A stretch of 63,966 nucleotides of DNA, counting the filler. It is 8 parts of 8 records of this genome, joined end to end, with 100 filler letters (N's around TTAATTAATTAA, not from the genome) between each part and the next. Parts side by side here need not be neighbours in the genome. Positions count along the whole stretch, not along the records: positions 1 to 6,486 come from SRR31156797_10457; positions 6,587 to 11,825 come from SRR31156797_10462; 6 more parts are not named here. One strand, 5' to 3'. The position numbers were made by a program, and so were the translations under genes. The notes beneath the pieces are model-generated. The model was not told the DNA's origin. It did no database searches and saw only the letters and a list, made by a program, of their open reading frames with translations. Shown one piece after another: positions 1-10,443 of this stretch. The first letter of the stretch is position 1. Every line of letters begins with the position of its first letter.

Positions 1-1219
1 CAAATTGCATTAATCCTTTTACTTCTATTGCGTCATCTCCATTTGCACCTCTTAAAGTTTTAAGTGAAAATGCCACAATTACTATTCCAACTAAAATTAA
101 TGGAAGTGTCCATTGAACTATAATACTTCCTCTTGCTGCACTTGCTGCTAAAATTGAGAATACAAATACATGACCAAAGAATGGAATATTGATCATAATT
201 GGTGCTCTTGCTGCTGCTTTTGCTCCAAGATCTCCACCTGTACATGCTCCGGTTAATCCTGAATGTGATAATGCTCCAGCCATTCCCGGTGCTAAGTTTC
301 TTAAATGATTAGATTTTCCTAAAACTATTAGAATTGCTAATCCACCGAACATCCAGAAAATTTGTCCCATAAATCCGTAAATCATTACACTTGATACACC
401 TTTAATAGAAAATGCCTCAAGCATTCTAGATCCACCAACTAAGAAACTACTAGCTAATACTACCGGAATTCCACCGAATAATAATGAGTTTAATGTTGGT
501 CCAAGTTTCCAGTTAGAGAAAGCCATCCCTAATCCGGCTGACATTAACATTGCAAAGAAAATTTGCGGTAAACCAATTATTGGTTTAATTGCAGTTGCAA
601 CTTTTAGCGAGATTACTAATACTGCTAAAATAATTACCATTTCTAATATACCTTTCCAGATATATTTTTGCTTATTTACAATTTTAGCTCTATTATCAAT
701 AAAAATAATAGCCAGCATAATACTAATGTAAGCTAAAAGCATAAACGAGTTACCAATCGATGATTTTGTAAATGTTCCATTAATTAATCCGTCAATTGAT
801 TTGATACCAATTAATATAAAAAATGCTCTGATTAAAAAGAATAGTTGTGTACTATTAGTTCCTAAAATTATTTCTTCCTTTGATGGAATCATAATTTGAT
901 CTGCATTGATTTCTTCATTAAATAATATCTTTTTTAATTCTTGTCCGCCGACAAAGAATGATGCTATTAGTGCAATTACTGTTGTGGTTCCAGCGAGTCC
1001 AACCATTGGAAACTCTGACAAACCAGGTGTTGCCATCCCACTTTTAACAAGTAATAATCCCATCGTTAATCCAAACACCACTATAATCAGGATAGAAGAA
1101 TATTTCGTTCCTGCTACTATGGTTCTCGCTACTAACACCATCGTTATTAGCATAATTAATGTTAAGAAAAAGTGATTTAGGGCTGTTAATTGTGTTACTT
1201 GTTGCAATAAGTTTTCCAC
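1..1219 (-). CDS. Uncharacterised polytopic membrane protein, 3'-truncated (missing from ORF track)
   Basis: Both ends translated by hand and in the same frame: AGGAGG RBS, GTG at 1219, MENLLQQVTQLTALNHFFLTLIMLITMVLVARTIVAG... and near the window edge ...SHSGLTGACTGGDLG...EVKGLMQF. Many hydrophobic segments. Confidence 0.8.
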   Translation of the reverse strand, partial: MENLLQQVTQLTALNHFFLTLIMLITMVLVARTIVAGTKYSSILIIVVFGLTMGLLLVKSGMATPGLSEFPMVGLAGTTTVIALIASFFVGGQELKKILFNEEINADQIMIPSKEEIILGTNSTQLFFLIRAFFILIGIKSIDGLINGTFTKSSIGNSFMLLAYISIMLAIIFIDNRAKIVNKQKYIWKGILEMVIILAVLVISLKVATAIKPIIGLPQIFFAMLMSAGLGMAFSNWKLGPTLNSLLFGGIPVVLASSFLVGGSRMLEAFSIKGVSSVMIYGFMGQIFWMFGGLAILIVLGKSNHLRNLAPGMAGALSHSGLTGACTGGDLGAKAAARAPIMINIPFFGHVFVFSILAASAARGSIIVQWTLPLILVGIVIVAFSLKTLRGANGDDAIEVKGLMQF

Positions 1220-1302
1220 TTATCATTACCTCCTTAGAATATTTTGATTTGGTGGAGCTTTTAACTCCTGTTTATATTAAGAAAGTTTGACCCATATTTA
1301 AC

Positions 1303-1326
1303 ATTATGTATATTTGTATACATAAT
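1303..1326. promoter_or_regulatory. Palindromic operator candidate
   Basis: ATTATGTATA-tttg-TATACATAAT, perfect 10-bp arms about 85 nt upstream of the membrane-protein start. Confidence 0.5.
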
Positions 1327-1759
1327 ATAGAAAGATAAAATTGATATCCCTATTAATATTAAATTAGTTTAAAAAAAACGTGTAAAAATTAAGTATTAAT
1401 TAACACGTCATTGAAATTTAACGTATTATATCATATAGATAATGAAAAGTAAAGATGATTCTTACTTAATTTTTCTTAAAAAATTATAAGAATTATCAAA
1501 AGAATAATTGTATACAAATTCCAATTACTTGGAGATTTATTTTAATTAATTAATTTTGAAAATGTAAAGTAAATAATCAACACTTATTAGTTAAAACCTC
1601 TACTATTAAAAACACTGTGTATTCTTAGACATAAACATTAATTTCCATAATTAAAATATATAATAACAATTGATTATTTTATATAAAATTTGGTATATAC
1701 ATATATACAATATATTAATTCTTTATTAAAAATATCAGAAATAATATCAAAAAAACTAA

Positions 1760-1787
1760 AAAGAGCATCGATGATTTCAATGCTCTT
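1760..1787 (-). terminator. Intrinsic terminator after satP
   Basis: AAGAGCAT...ATGCTCTT stem followed by T-run on minus strand. Confidence 0.55.
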
Positions 1788-1807
1788 CTTATCAAATATT
1801 TCTCTTA

Positions 1808-2374
1808 TTAACCTAAAGGTAGTAATATTTTCTCATATTTTTCATTTAAAATTATTGCAATGGCTTCGTAAATTGCAAACGAACCACAGAGTATTCCTTC
1901 AAATCCTGAAATTGTATGAATTACATGACTACCAGTAAAATTAGCTGCAGCTAATAGGAAGAATAAAATCGCCAAAGAACCAAAAATTAATTTTCCTATT
2001 AAATTTCCTTTTAATGTAGCCAAAAATAAACATGTTGTAAGAATTCCCCAGATTCCTAAATAACATCCCATGGATGTTGCGTCTGGTGCAGTTCCTAATC
2101 CTAATTTTGGAAAAACCCAAATCACTACCAAACTAAGCCAAAAAGCACCATAAGATGTAAAAGCTGTAGTACCAAAAGTATTTCCTTTCTTTGATTCCAG
2201 AACTCCTGCGATCATTTGTGCAATACCACCATAAAAAATTCCCATTCCCATGATTAATGCATTAAGATCGAAAAAACCTGCATTATGGATGTTTAATAAA
2301 ACAGTAGTTAAACCAAATCCAAGTAAACCTAATGGAGCAGGGTTAGCACTAGTATCCTTAATTACTCTATCCAT
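1808..2374 (-). CDS. satP: Acetate/succinate uptake transporter (GPR1/FUN34/YaaH family)
   Basis: Signature ANPAPLGLLGFG, NTFGTTAFTSYGAFW, about 6 TM helices. Confidence 0.93.
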   Translation of the reverse strand: MDRVIKDTSANPAPLGLLGFGLTTVLLNIHNAGFFDLNALIMGMGIFYGGIAQMIAGVLESKKGNTFGTTAFTSYGAFWLSLVVIWVFPKLGLGTAPDATSMGCYLGIWGILTTCLFLATLKGNLIGKLIFGSLAILFFLLAAANFTGSHVIHTISGFEGILCGSFAIYEAIAIILNEKYEKILLPLG

Positions 2375-2588
2375 CTATATCCTCCTTAAAAAAATTATAT
2401 ACTATATAGGCATTTGCTATATATTTTAACATTTTAAAAAGTCAATGTAAAGTATATTGTAACATTTAAACTAGCACTTTATCAACTTATTCCATCAATC
2501 GTGTAAGTTAAAATCAATAAAAAAGAACATCCATTTAGAATGTTCGAATTTTATAACCATCTTTAACTACAAAAGTGTTAAGTGTGAA

Positions 2589-3866
2589 TTAATATTTTTT
2601 CAACTCATTAACAAAGTTTTTTAACTCTTTAAAATCATTTTCATCAGTATAAAATTGAATTAAGTCAAAAACTAACTCATCATTTTTATCCAGGTATCTT
2701 TTAGCTAACCATGCAATAACAGTTTCTTTTAACTCTTTTACTTTTTCCATGTTTTTAGATTTAGAATAAGTTTTTAATAAACCTTTTAATGCATTATATG
2801 TAATTGGTAAATTCAAAGTATGTTTTGATATTTCTAAAATTCTTTTCAAATAAGCTTCAGATTTCTCCACATTATTAATCGATTCATAACATTTTGCCAT
2901 ATTTAAATAAATCTCTTGCTTATACATATAGTTATTGTCAATTTTCATTAAAAGCGTCTCTAGTTCATTTAACTTATTTGAAATTTTAGTCTCATCTCGC
3001 AGATCTTTATGAACTAATGCAATACCCATAGTTCCCAATACTTTTAGTTTAATAAAAGATGAATTTTCCATTTCCTCAAATAATTCTAATGCCATTGAGA
3101 AATTTTTTAGATAATAATGGCACTCAGCTTGTGTATGAATAACACTTTGAGAATAGATTTCATCCTTCTCTAATAAATCAAAATCCATATTCTTGCCAAG
3201 ATCTAATAAACACTCTTTATACATTTTATTTTCTAGCATAACTCGTCTTTTAATATTTGCAATAATTAGCTGATCTGTTGAATTATATTTATCAGAATTA
3301 TGTTCCACTAGGGCATATACTTTTAATAACTCCTGATATCTTCGTAAATAATATAAAGAAGTAATAAAGTTAAATGTAAAGCTAAACAATTTATTTCCTG
3401 TTTCATTTACGATTGCATATTCAAAAATTTTAGAATAATAAAAAATAGATTTAAAATATGATTGTTTGTTATAATATGTATCTCCTATTTTAGAATACAG
3501 CTCAAACTTTAATTTCGAATCCTTCTTATCTAATAGGAAATAATCTATCTCTTCTATTAATTTATCATCTTCCGGATTTGCAGTTAATTGATCCAGAAAA
3601 TCCTTTTCAATTTTTTCAATTTGATTATCTATTCCCTCAGTTAAATATTCAAGTGAAATTCTGTCTTCAATTCCTTTTTCATCCAAAAGTTGGTTAATTT
3701 TGTTAACTAAAATTTCAGCAGTTTTTACAGTAAGATTATTCTTACCAGTTTCGATCATACTAATAGTGTTTCTTTTTATCTTATTGTCAGTAATCTCATA
3801 TTGTTTTAATCCATACTTTTTTCTTATTAATTTTAATTTTTCATTTGGTGTTAATATTTTTTCCAA
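2589..3866 (-). CDS. XRE-HTH plus TPR-like repeat transcriptional regulator (RRNPP-like architecture)
   Basis: N-terminal EKLKLIRKKYGLKQYEI...ISMIETGK HTH, helical TPR-like body, TTG start after GGAGG. Confidence 0.75.
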   Translation of the reverse strand: MEKILTPNEKLKLIRKKYGLKQYEITDNKIKRNTISMIETGKNNLTVKTAEILVNKINQLLDEKGIEDRISLEYLTEGIDNQIEKIEKDFLDQLTANPEDDKLIEEIDYFLLDKKDSKLKFELYSKIGDTYYNKQSYFKSIFYYSKIFEYAIVNETGNKLFSFTFNFITSLYYLRRYQELLKVYALVEHNSDKYNSTDQLIIANIKRRVMLENKMYKECLLDLGKNMDFDLLEKDEIYSQSVIHTQAECHYYLKNFSMALELFEEMENSSFIKLKVLGTMGIALVHKDLRDETKISNKLNELETLLMKIDNNYMYKQEIYLNMAKCYESINNVEKSEAYLKRILEISKHTLNLPITYNALKGLLKTYSKSKNMEKVKELKETVIAWLAKRYLDKNDELVFDLIQFYTDENDFKELKNFVNELKKY

Positions 3867-4366
3867 TTTACCCTCCTATTACAAAAATCTACATGACTTA
3901 TTTATGACAGACAAATATAGTTATTTTAAATAACAACTATAGCCTTTGCACACATAAGATATATTTTAATAATTAAATATTAAAATATAATAAAAATTGT
4001 CTATTTAAAAATTTTTATTAATGTTTTCAGATATTTGTTAGATAAAAATTTTAAAATAAGCAATTAAACTCTTTATAATATAACATTTTTCCGAAATATT
4101 AACAAGTAAAAATCTATTATAAACCCTAGCTTTATAGACTACTGTATATAAAAGTAAGTAAATGTAATCGCTTTTTCTAAAATGTCATTCATTTTCTTGA
4201 ACTTTTTTTTGCAAAAATTCATTAAAAAAAGTTATATAATTGTTGATTTTGCCGATAAATAAAACATATAATAGTAGTATATATATAATGGAATTTCTTA
4301 AAAAGTGAAAAAGAGGTGTTAAATAATGACTTAGTTTTACAGATTGAATTGAAGAAGGTGATTAGA

Positions 4367-4714
4367 ATGAAGTACAGATATTTAGACAGTTATTTGAATG
4401 ATTTACCGTATTTACGGGCTTTAAGCGATTTGGAATTAGTTTATTTTATAAAAATTTCTATGGACTATTCGGAAATTCAAAATAACCTAGCAGCCAAAAA
4501 AGAGTTCCAGGATATATTGAGTGAGTTGTTTCAGAGAATTGAGATGGAAAACAATCAAGCTTTTACACGAATCAAAAATTTCTATGATAATGCAATAGAG
4601 GATGATCCCGAAACGGCGGTTTCATTCGCTAATGAGGTGTTAAAGAAGGTCAATTTATTATCAAAAACTTTTAACGTAAAATACGTTATTATTAACCAAG
4701 AAAGAAGTTTCTAA
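4367..4714 (+). CDS. Hypothetical helical protein
   Basis: ORF 4316-4714; ATG 4367 follows AAGGTG RBS; terminator downstream. Confidence 0.6.
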   Translation: MKYRYLDSYLNDLPYLRALSDLELVYFIKISMDYSEIQNNLAAKKEFQDILSELFQRIEMENNQAFTRIKNFYDNAIEDDPETAVSFANEVLKKVNLLSKTFNVKYVIINQERSF

Positions 4715-4749
4715 TTAGACATGAAAAAAATTACATTAATCTTATAAAT

Positions 4750-4779
4750 ATAAGAGAGCCTGTTAAAAGACTCTCTTAT
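4750..4779. terminator. Bidirectional terminator between convergent genes
   Basis: ATAAGAGAG...CTCTCTTAT inverted repeat. Confidence 0.6.
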
Positions 4780-4790
4780 GTTTTATATAT

Positions 4791-5057
4791 CTATTTATCT
4801 TTTCCTTTTTTCATATTAATCACTTTACAAACAAAAATAACTAATGCAAAAATTAAAGTAATTAAATTTGCAATAAATACAGGAAAATCCTTAATAACCG
4901 CCCCATATATTAACCATAATAATACACCTGTAGTAAATAATAGATACATGAAGAATGAGATTCCACTTGTATCTTTTGTTTTAATAGTTTTAATAGCCTG
5001 TGGTAAAAATGAACTTGTAGTTAAAAATGCTGCCATTAAACCAATTATTTTGATCAT
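4791..5057 (-). CDS. SemiSWEET / PQ-loop sugar transporter
   Basis: TTSSFLPQAIKTIKTKDTSGIS motif, 3 TM, 88 aa. Confidence 0.9.
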   Translation of the reverse strand: MIKIIGLMAAFLTTSSFLPQAIKTIKTKDTSGISFFMYLLFTTGVLLWLIYGAVIKDFPVFIANLITLIFALVIFVCKVINMKKGKDK

Positions 5058-5084
5058 AAATATACCTCCATTTATACATTAATA

Positions 5085-5822
5085 TTACTTAAACATTTCT
5101 AATATCTCTTCTGAATATTTATTATTTTTCGTGTGTGAAATTATCGGAGCTAAAATCTGTAAATTCGCTTTAGCACTTTTGATACCTTCTATTAATAAAA
5201 TTTTCGCCGGTTTATCTGATTTAGAGTGGCAAAATTGTAATCTCTTAGGTTCTAACTTATATTTTTTCATTGTTTCAAGTATTTCACTTAATCTATCCGG
5301 TCTGTGAACCATACAGAAATATCCTCTATTTTTCAATAATCTACTCGCCACTCTGATAATATCATCTAGATTAGCCGTTATTTCATGCCTTGCAATAGTC
5401 AATTGATCCAGATCATTTAATTGATTTTCATTTCCATCCAATTTAAAAAATGGTGGATTAGTAATTACTAAATCCTGACTTTGCTCTGTAAAATTATTAC
5501 TGTAATTAAGTATATCATCACTAATAATTTTTACTTGTTCAGACAACTTATTTATCTCAATATTACGTTCTGCCAAATCAGCTGATATTTTTTGAATTTC
5601 CACACCGATTATTTTAGCATTTGTCCTCCTGCTTAGAAGCATCGGTATAACTCCATTTCCAGTTCCCAAATCAACAATCGATTTTGTACTTCTATTTATA
5701 GTAGCGAAATTAGCTATTAACACCGAATCAAGAGAGAAATTAAAATGATCATTCCTCTGAATTATCTTCATATCTTCAAAGTCAAGAAAATCAATCAAAA
5801 CTTCATTTTCATTTTTTATCAA
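5085..5822 (-). CDS. tRNA1(Val) A37 N6-methyltransferase family (YfiC/YabB)
   Basis: FSLDSVL, DLGTGNG SAM motif, NPPF, ARHEI; probable TTG start at 5822 after GGGGTGA. Confidence 0.85.
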   Translation of the reverse strand: MIKNENEVLIDFLDFEDMKIIQRNDHFNFSLDSVLIANFATINRSTKSIVDLGTGNGVIPMLLSRRTNAKIIGVEIQKISADLAERNIEINKLSEQVKIISDDILNYSNNFTEQSQDLVITNPPFFKLDGNENQLNDLDQLTIARHEITANLDDIIRVASRLLKNRGYFCMVHRPDRLSEILETMKKYKLEPKRLQFCHSKSDKPAKILLIEGIKSAKANLQILAPIISHTKNNKYSEEILEMFK

Positions 5823-5961
5823 AATATCACCCCATTTAGCATAAGCTTTTTTCTTCAAACTCTAGTTATTATATCAAATTATCAGAATTAAGCAATTAAT
5901 TATTTTTATTAGAAATAAAAAAATACAATAAAGTTTTTTGAGTAAATAAATACTCTTTACT

Positions 5962-6024
5962 TTACTGTATCTTCTTAATTAATGCATTTATTAAATTATT
6001 AAATTTCAATATGCTATGAAGCAT
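5962..6024 (-). CDS. Candidate 20-aa peptide MLHSILKFNNLINALIKKIQ
   Basis: AGGAGG RBS 10 nt upstream; the stop runs into a large hairpin with a T-tail. Confidence 0.35.
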   Translation of the reverse strand: MLHSILKFNNLINALIKKIQ

Positions 6025-6049
6025 CTATTGAGTTCCTCCTTTTTCTAGA

Positions 6050-6145
6050 TTAATCTTTATCTCTAAAAAAATACCTGGGAACTATTACTGCTGCGATTAC
6101 TTGCACAGAAATCAATAACTCTCTTAAAAAATTTGAATTCATCAT
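6050..6145 (-). CDS. Candidate 31-aa membrane peptide MMNSNFLRELLISVQVIAAVIVPRYFFRDKD
   Basis: Strong GAAGGAGGTGA RBS, hydrophobic core, charged tail. Confidence 0.55.
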   Translation of the reverse strand: MMNSNFLRELLISVQVIAAVIVPRYFFRDKD

Positions 6146-6486
6146 ATTCACCTCCTTCACCGTTATTTAAGTCATTATAATCTATTTCAAATAACAATAT
6201 CAACTCCTAAACTAACACCAGTGTTATTTGAAATTTAAAATTCAATTTTGAAGAGAGATTATTTGAAAGTAATCGGTTGTTATTAGTTTTATATAGTTAA
6301 TACTGTACCAAAAAGTAACTTAACTTATTACTTTTTTTCTAATGTAAAAGATTAGTAAAGTTATTTAAAAATATTTTCTCTTGCAATATTATAGGTCTTT
6401 TTAGAGGAATTTAAATAAAACGTCCCCTTAAAATAAAGAGGACGAAATTTAATATATTATTATATAAATTTTAGTTTCTTTTTGAT

Positions 6487-6586
6487 NNNNNNNNNNNNNN
6501 NNNNNNNNNNNNNNNNNNNNNNNNNNNNNNTTAATTAATTAANNNNNNNNNNNNNNNNNNNNNNNNNNNNNNNNNNNNNNNNNNNN
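6487..6586. other. Artificial contig spacer
   Basis: 100-nt N-run containing TTAATTAATTAA. Confidence 0.98.
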
Positions 6587-7372
6587 ATGTCGGTTATGGT
6601 TAGTGAAGATGTAGATAAAAACAAAAGACCTGAAAAATCTCTAACTGTTCCTTTGAAAGCTGCGTACGGAAGAGATAACTACGGGCACAGAACAGCTAGA
6701 AATAAACAAAAAGGTCACAAAAGATTATATAGAATCATTGATTTCAAAAGAAATAAATTAGATGTACCTGCAAAAGTTGCATCAATCGAATACGATCCAA
6801 ACAGAACTGCTAACATCGCTTTACTTCACTATGTAGATGGAGAAAAGAGATATATCTTAGCACCAAGAGGATTAAAAGTAGGAGATACAGTAGTAGCTGG
6901 ATCAACTGCAGATATTAAAGTAGGAAATGCACTTAAATTAAAAGATATGCCGGTTGGTACAAAAATTCATAACATTGAATTACAACCTGCAAGAGGTGGA
7001 CAAATCGCTAGATCTGCTGGAACTGCAGCGAGATTAGTAGCAAAAGAAGGAACTTACTGTCACGTTGAGATGCCTTCTGGAGAATTAAGACTTATCCACA
7101 AAGAGTGTACAGCTACAATCGGAGAAGTTGGAAACCAAGAACATCAATTAGTTTCTATCGGTAAAGCCGGAAGAGCTAGAAACATGGGTAGAAGACCTCA
7201 CGTTAGAGGATCTGTAATGAATCCTGTAGATCATCCACATGGTGGAGGAGAAGGAAGATCACCTATCGGAAGAAAATCACCTGTAACTCCTTGGGGTAAA
7301 CCAACTCTTGGATATAAAACTAGAGGTAAAAAACAATCTGATAAATTTATCGTAAGAAAAAGAAAGAAATAA
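6587..7372 (+). CDS. rplB: 50S ribosomal protein L2 (5'-truncated)
   Basis: [25 protein letters not shown]. Confidence 0.98.
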   Translation: MSVMVSEDVDKNKRPEKSLTVPLKAAYGRDNYGHRTARNKQKGHKRLYRIIDFKRNKLDVPAKVASIEYDPNRTANIALLHYVDGEKRYILAPRGLKVGDTVVAGSTADIKVGNALKLKDMPVGTKIHNIELQPARGGQIARSAGTAARLVAKEGTYCHVEMPSGELRLIHKECTATIGEVGNQEHQLVSIGKAGRARNMGRRPHVRGSVMNPVDHPHGGGEGRSPIGRKSPVTPWGKPTLGYKTRGKKQSDKFIVRKRKK

Positions 7373-7401
7373 TTATTAATAACTGAGAGGAGGCTTAATT
7401 A

Positions 7402-7677
7402 ATGGCTCGATCAACAAAAAAAGGACCTTTTATTGACCATCACTTAAAAAATAAAGTTTTAGCTGCAGTGGAATCTGGAGATATTAAAACTGTTATTAAA
7501 ACTTGGTCAAGAAGATCAACTATATTCCCACAATTCATTGGACTTACGTTCGCTGTATATAATGGAAAAAAACATATCCCTGTACATGTGACAGAGGAGA
7601 TGATAGGACATAAATTAGGAGAGTTCGCTCCTACAAGAACATATTATGGACACGGTAAAGATAAGAAAAGAAAATAA
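7402..7677 (+). CDS. rpsS: 30S ribosomal protein S19
   Basis: [20 protein letters not shown]. Confidence 0.98.
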   Translation: MARSTKKGPFIDHHLKNKVLAAVESGDIKTVIKTWSRRSTIFPQFIGLTFAVYNGKKHIPVHVTEEMIGHKLGEFAPTRTYYGHGKDKKRK

Positions 7678-7763
7678 TAAGATTAAGTAAGGGTATTTTA
7701 GCTTGTTTTTACAGTGATGTATACGGTAACTAAAATATGCCAACATGTAAAGGAGGAGCAAGA

Positions 7764-8096
7764 GTGGAAGCTAAAGCAATAGCTCGTTATGTGAGATTAA
7801 CTCCAAGAAAAGCAAGATTAGTAGCAGATTTAGTAAGAGGAAAATCAGCGTTAGAAGCGTTAGATGTTTTATCATTTACAAATAAAAAAGCAGCTGGAAC
7901 TATCAAGAAAGTGTTGAATTCAGCAATTGCAAACGCTACTAACAACTTCGAAATGGATGAAGAAAAATTATTTGTATCTACAATTTTGATAGATGAAGGA
8001 CCGGTTTTAAAAAGATTAAAACCTAGAGCAATGGGAAGAGCAGATATAATCAAAAAGAAAACAAGCCACGTAACTGTAGTAGTTAGTGAGAAGTAA
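7764..8096 (+). CDS. rplV: 50S ribosomal protein L22
   Basis: GTG start after AGGAGG; PRKARLVADLVRGK, PRAMGRA. Confidence 0.97.
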   Translation: MEAKAIARYVRLTPRKARLVADLVRGKSALEALDVLSFTNKKAAGTIKKVLNSAIANATNNFEMDEEKLFVSTILIDEGPVLKRLKPRAMGRADIIKKKTSHVTVVVSEK

Positions 8097-8112
8097 TTAA
8101 GGAGGTAGTACT

Positions 8113-8769
8113 GTGGGACAAAAAGTCGATCCTAGAGGATTAAGACTAGGAATTACAAGAACTTGGGACTCAAACTGGTTTGCGGAAAAAGAAAATTACT
8201 TAAATTACTTCCATGAAGATTTAAAAGTTAAAAACTTCATTAAAAGTAAATATTACCACGCTGGAGTGTCAAGCATTAAAATAGAAAGAACATCACCTTC
8301 ACACATAGTGATCATTATTAACACTGCTAAGGCGGGGATCGTTATTGGAAGAAAAGGTTCTGAAATTGAAGGATTAAAAAAGACTATTGAAAAAATGACT
8401 GGTAAAAAAGCCATCATTAAAGTTCAAGAAGTTAAAGGATTCAATAGAGATGCAACGTTAGTTGCTGAAAGTATTGCTACAGCAATTGAAAAAAGGGTTG
8501 CTTATAAAAAAGCAGTTAAACAAGCTATCACTAGAGCTGAAAAAGCTGGTGTAGAAGGAATTAAAGTAATGGTTTCAGGAAGATTAAATGGAGCGGAAAT
8601 CGCTAGATCTGAATGGTCATTCTCTGGAAGAGTACCTTTACACACTTTAAGAGCGGACATTGATTATGCAACAGCAACAGCAAGAACAACTTACGGAGCT
8701 ATAGGGTTAAAAGTATGGATCTGTAATGGTGAAGTTCTTCCGACTAAGAAGGAAGGAGGGAACAAGTAA
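8113..8769 (+). CDS. rpsC: 30S ribosomal protein S3
   Basis: [34 protein letters not shown]. Confidence 0.98.
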   Translation: MGQKVDPRGLRLGITRTWDSNWFAEKENYLNYFHEDLKVKNFIKSKYYHAGVSSIKIERTSPSHIVIIINTAKAGIVIGRKGSEIEGLKKTIEKMTGKKAIIKVQEVKGFNRDATLVAESIATAIEKRVAYKKAVKQAITRAEKAGVEGIKVMVSGRLNGAEIARSEWSFSGRVPLHTLRADIDYATATARTTYGAIGLKVWICNGEVLPTKKEGGNK

Positions 8770-8770
8770 T

Positions 8771-9193
8771 ATGTTAATGCCTAAAAGAACGAAACATAGA
8801 AAAATGATGAGAGGTAACCTTAGGGGGAAAGCTCACAGAGGAAATAAAGTATCATTTGGTGATTGGGGATTACAAGCACTTGAGCCAAAATGGATTACAA
8901 ATAGACAAATAGAAGCATGCAGGGTAACAATTAACAGAACGTTTAAAAGAGAAGGAACTACGTTCATTAGAATATTCCCTGACAAGCCATTCTCAAAGAG
9001 ACCAGAAGGTACAAGAATGGGTAAAGGTAAAGGTAACGTTGACGGATGGGTAGCAGTAGTTAAACCTGGAAGAATGATGTTCGAAGTTTCAGGAGTTAGC
9101 GATGAATTAGCTAAAGCTGCACTTAGAAAAGCATCTTACAAACTACCTATTAAATGTAAAATCGTAAAAAGAGAAAATGGTGGTGAAGAATAA
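8771..9193 (+). CDS. rplP: 50S ribosomal protein L16
   Basis: [18 protein letters not shown]. Confidence 0.98.
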   Translation: MLMPKRTKHRKMMRGNLRGKAHRGNKVSFGDWGLQALEPKWITNRQIEACRVTINRTFKREGTTFIRIFPDKPFSKRPEGTRMGKGKGNVDGWVAVVKPGRMMFEVSGVSDELAKAALRKASYKLPIKCKIVKRENGGEE

Positions 9194-9381
9194 TGAAACC
9201 AGCTGAATTAAGAGCATTAGAAACTCAGGATTTATTAAACAAATCAAAAGAGCTTAAAGAAGAATTATTCAACCTTAAGTTCCAACTTTCTTTAGGACAA
9301 TTAGCAAACACTGCTAAGATTAAAGAAACTAGAAGATCAATCGCTAGAATTAAAACAATTCTTAACGAAAGAGCTAACTAA
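9193..9381 (+). CDS. rpmC: 50S ribosomal protein L29
   Basis: KEELFNLKFQ, operon position. Confidence 0.96.
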   Translation: MKPAELRALETQDLLNKSKELKEELFNLKFQLSLGQLANTAKIKETRRSIARIKTILNERAN

Positions 9382-9420
9382 TTTATAGATAACATTTCCA
9401 TGATGTAAGGAGGTAAAAAC

Positions 9421-9672
9421 TTGCGAAACGAAAGAAAAGTAAGAGAAGGTGTAGTAGTTTCTGACAAAATGGACAAAACTGTTGTAATTATGGAAGAAAA
9501 AATGGTTTTACACCCTCTATATAAGAAAAGAGTAAAAAAATCAATCAAATATAAAGCACATGACGAGAACAATACTTGTAAAGTTGGAGATAAAGTTAAA
9601 ATAATGGAAACAAGACCATTAGCTAAAACTAAAAACTGGAGAGTAGTAGAAATTATCGAGAAAGCGAAATAA
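9421..9672 (+). CDS. rpsQ: 30S ribosomal protein S17
   Basis: [25 protein letters not shown]. Confidence 0.97.
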   Translation: MRNERKVREGVVVSDKMDKTVVIMEEKMVLHPLYKKRVKKSIKYKAHDENNTCKVGDKVKIMETRPLAKTKNWRVVEIIEKAK

Positions 9673-9697
9673 TGCTTAATTGAGAGGAGGAGTATAA

Positions 9698-10066
9698 GTG
9701 GTACAACAACAAAGTATCCTTAACGTAGCAGACAACTCTGGAGCTAAAAGAATAATGGTAATCAGAGTTCTTGGCGGATCTAGAAAAAGATTCGGTAAGA
9801 TTGGAGATGTCGTTGTAGCGTCTGTTAAAGAAGCTATCCCTAATGGTAATGTAAAAAAGGGAGACGTTATCAAAGCAGTAATTGTAAGAACTAAAAAAGA
9901 AACTGGAAGACCAGACGGATCATATATTAAATTCGACGATAATGCAGCAGTTGTATTAAACGCGAATAACGAGCCGAGAGGAACAAGAATTTTCGGACCT
10001 GTGGCTAGAGAAGTTAGAGCAAAAGGTTACATGAAAATAGTATCTCTTGCGCCGGAAGTATTATAG
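9698..10066 (+). CDS. rplN: 50S ribosomal protein L14
   Basis: [19 protein letters not shown]. Confidence 0.98.
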   Translation: MVQQQSILNVADNSGAKRIMVIRVLGGSRKRFGKIGDVVVASVKEAIPNGNVKKGDVIKAVIVRTKKETGRPDGSYIKFDDNAAVVLNANNEPRGTRIFGPVAREVRAKGYMKIVSLAPEVL

Positions 10067-10083
10067 GAAGGAGGCTGTTAACA

Positions 10084-10425
10084 GTGGCAAAGCCAAAAAT
10101 CAAATTTGTACCTAATAAATTGCACGTAAAAACTGGAGATACAGTATATGTTATCTCAGGAAAAGATAAAGGTAAAACTGGAAAAGTTTTAAGAGTATTT
10201 ACTAAAAAAGGTAAAATACTTGTAGAAGGAATTAATGTTGTTACTAAGCATTTAAAACCTAATCAAATGAACCCACAAGGTGGAGTTGTTACAAAAGAAG
10301 CTCCATTATTTTCATCGAAAGTAATGTTATTTGATGAAAAAGCTGGAAAACCAACTAGAGTTGGATATAAATTCGTTGATGATAAAAAAGTAAGATACTC
10401 AAAAGTATCTGGAGAAGTATTATAA
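10084..10425 (+). CDS. rplX: 50S ribosomal protein L24
   Basis: KOW motif [18 protein letters not shown]. Confidence 0.97.
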   Translation: MAKPKIKFVPNKLHVKTGDTVYVISGKDKGKTGKVLRVFTKKGKILVEGINVVTKHLKPNQMNPQGGVVTKEAPLFSSKVMLFDEKAGKPTRVGYKFVDDKKVRYSKVSGEVL

Positions 10426-10443
10426 GAAGGGAGGACAATTTAA

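Noticed and set aside
6050-6145. AgrD-type cyclic autoinducer precursor
   Set aside because: No suitably placed Cys/Ser ring residue, no EP-type tail and no agrB nearby
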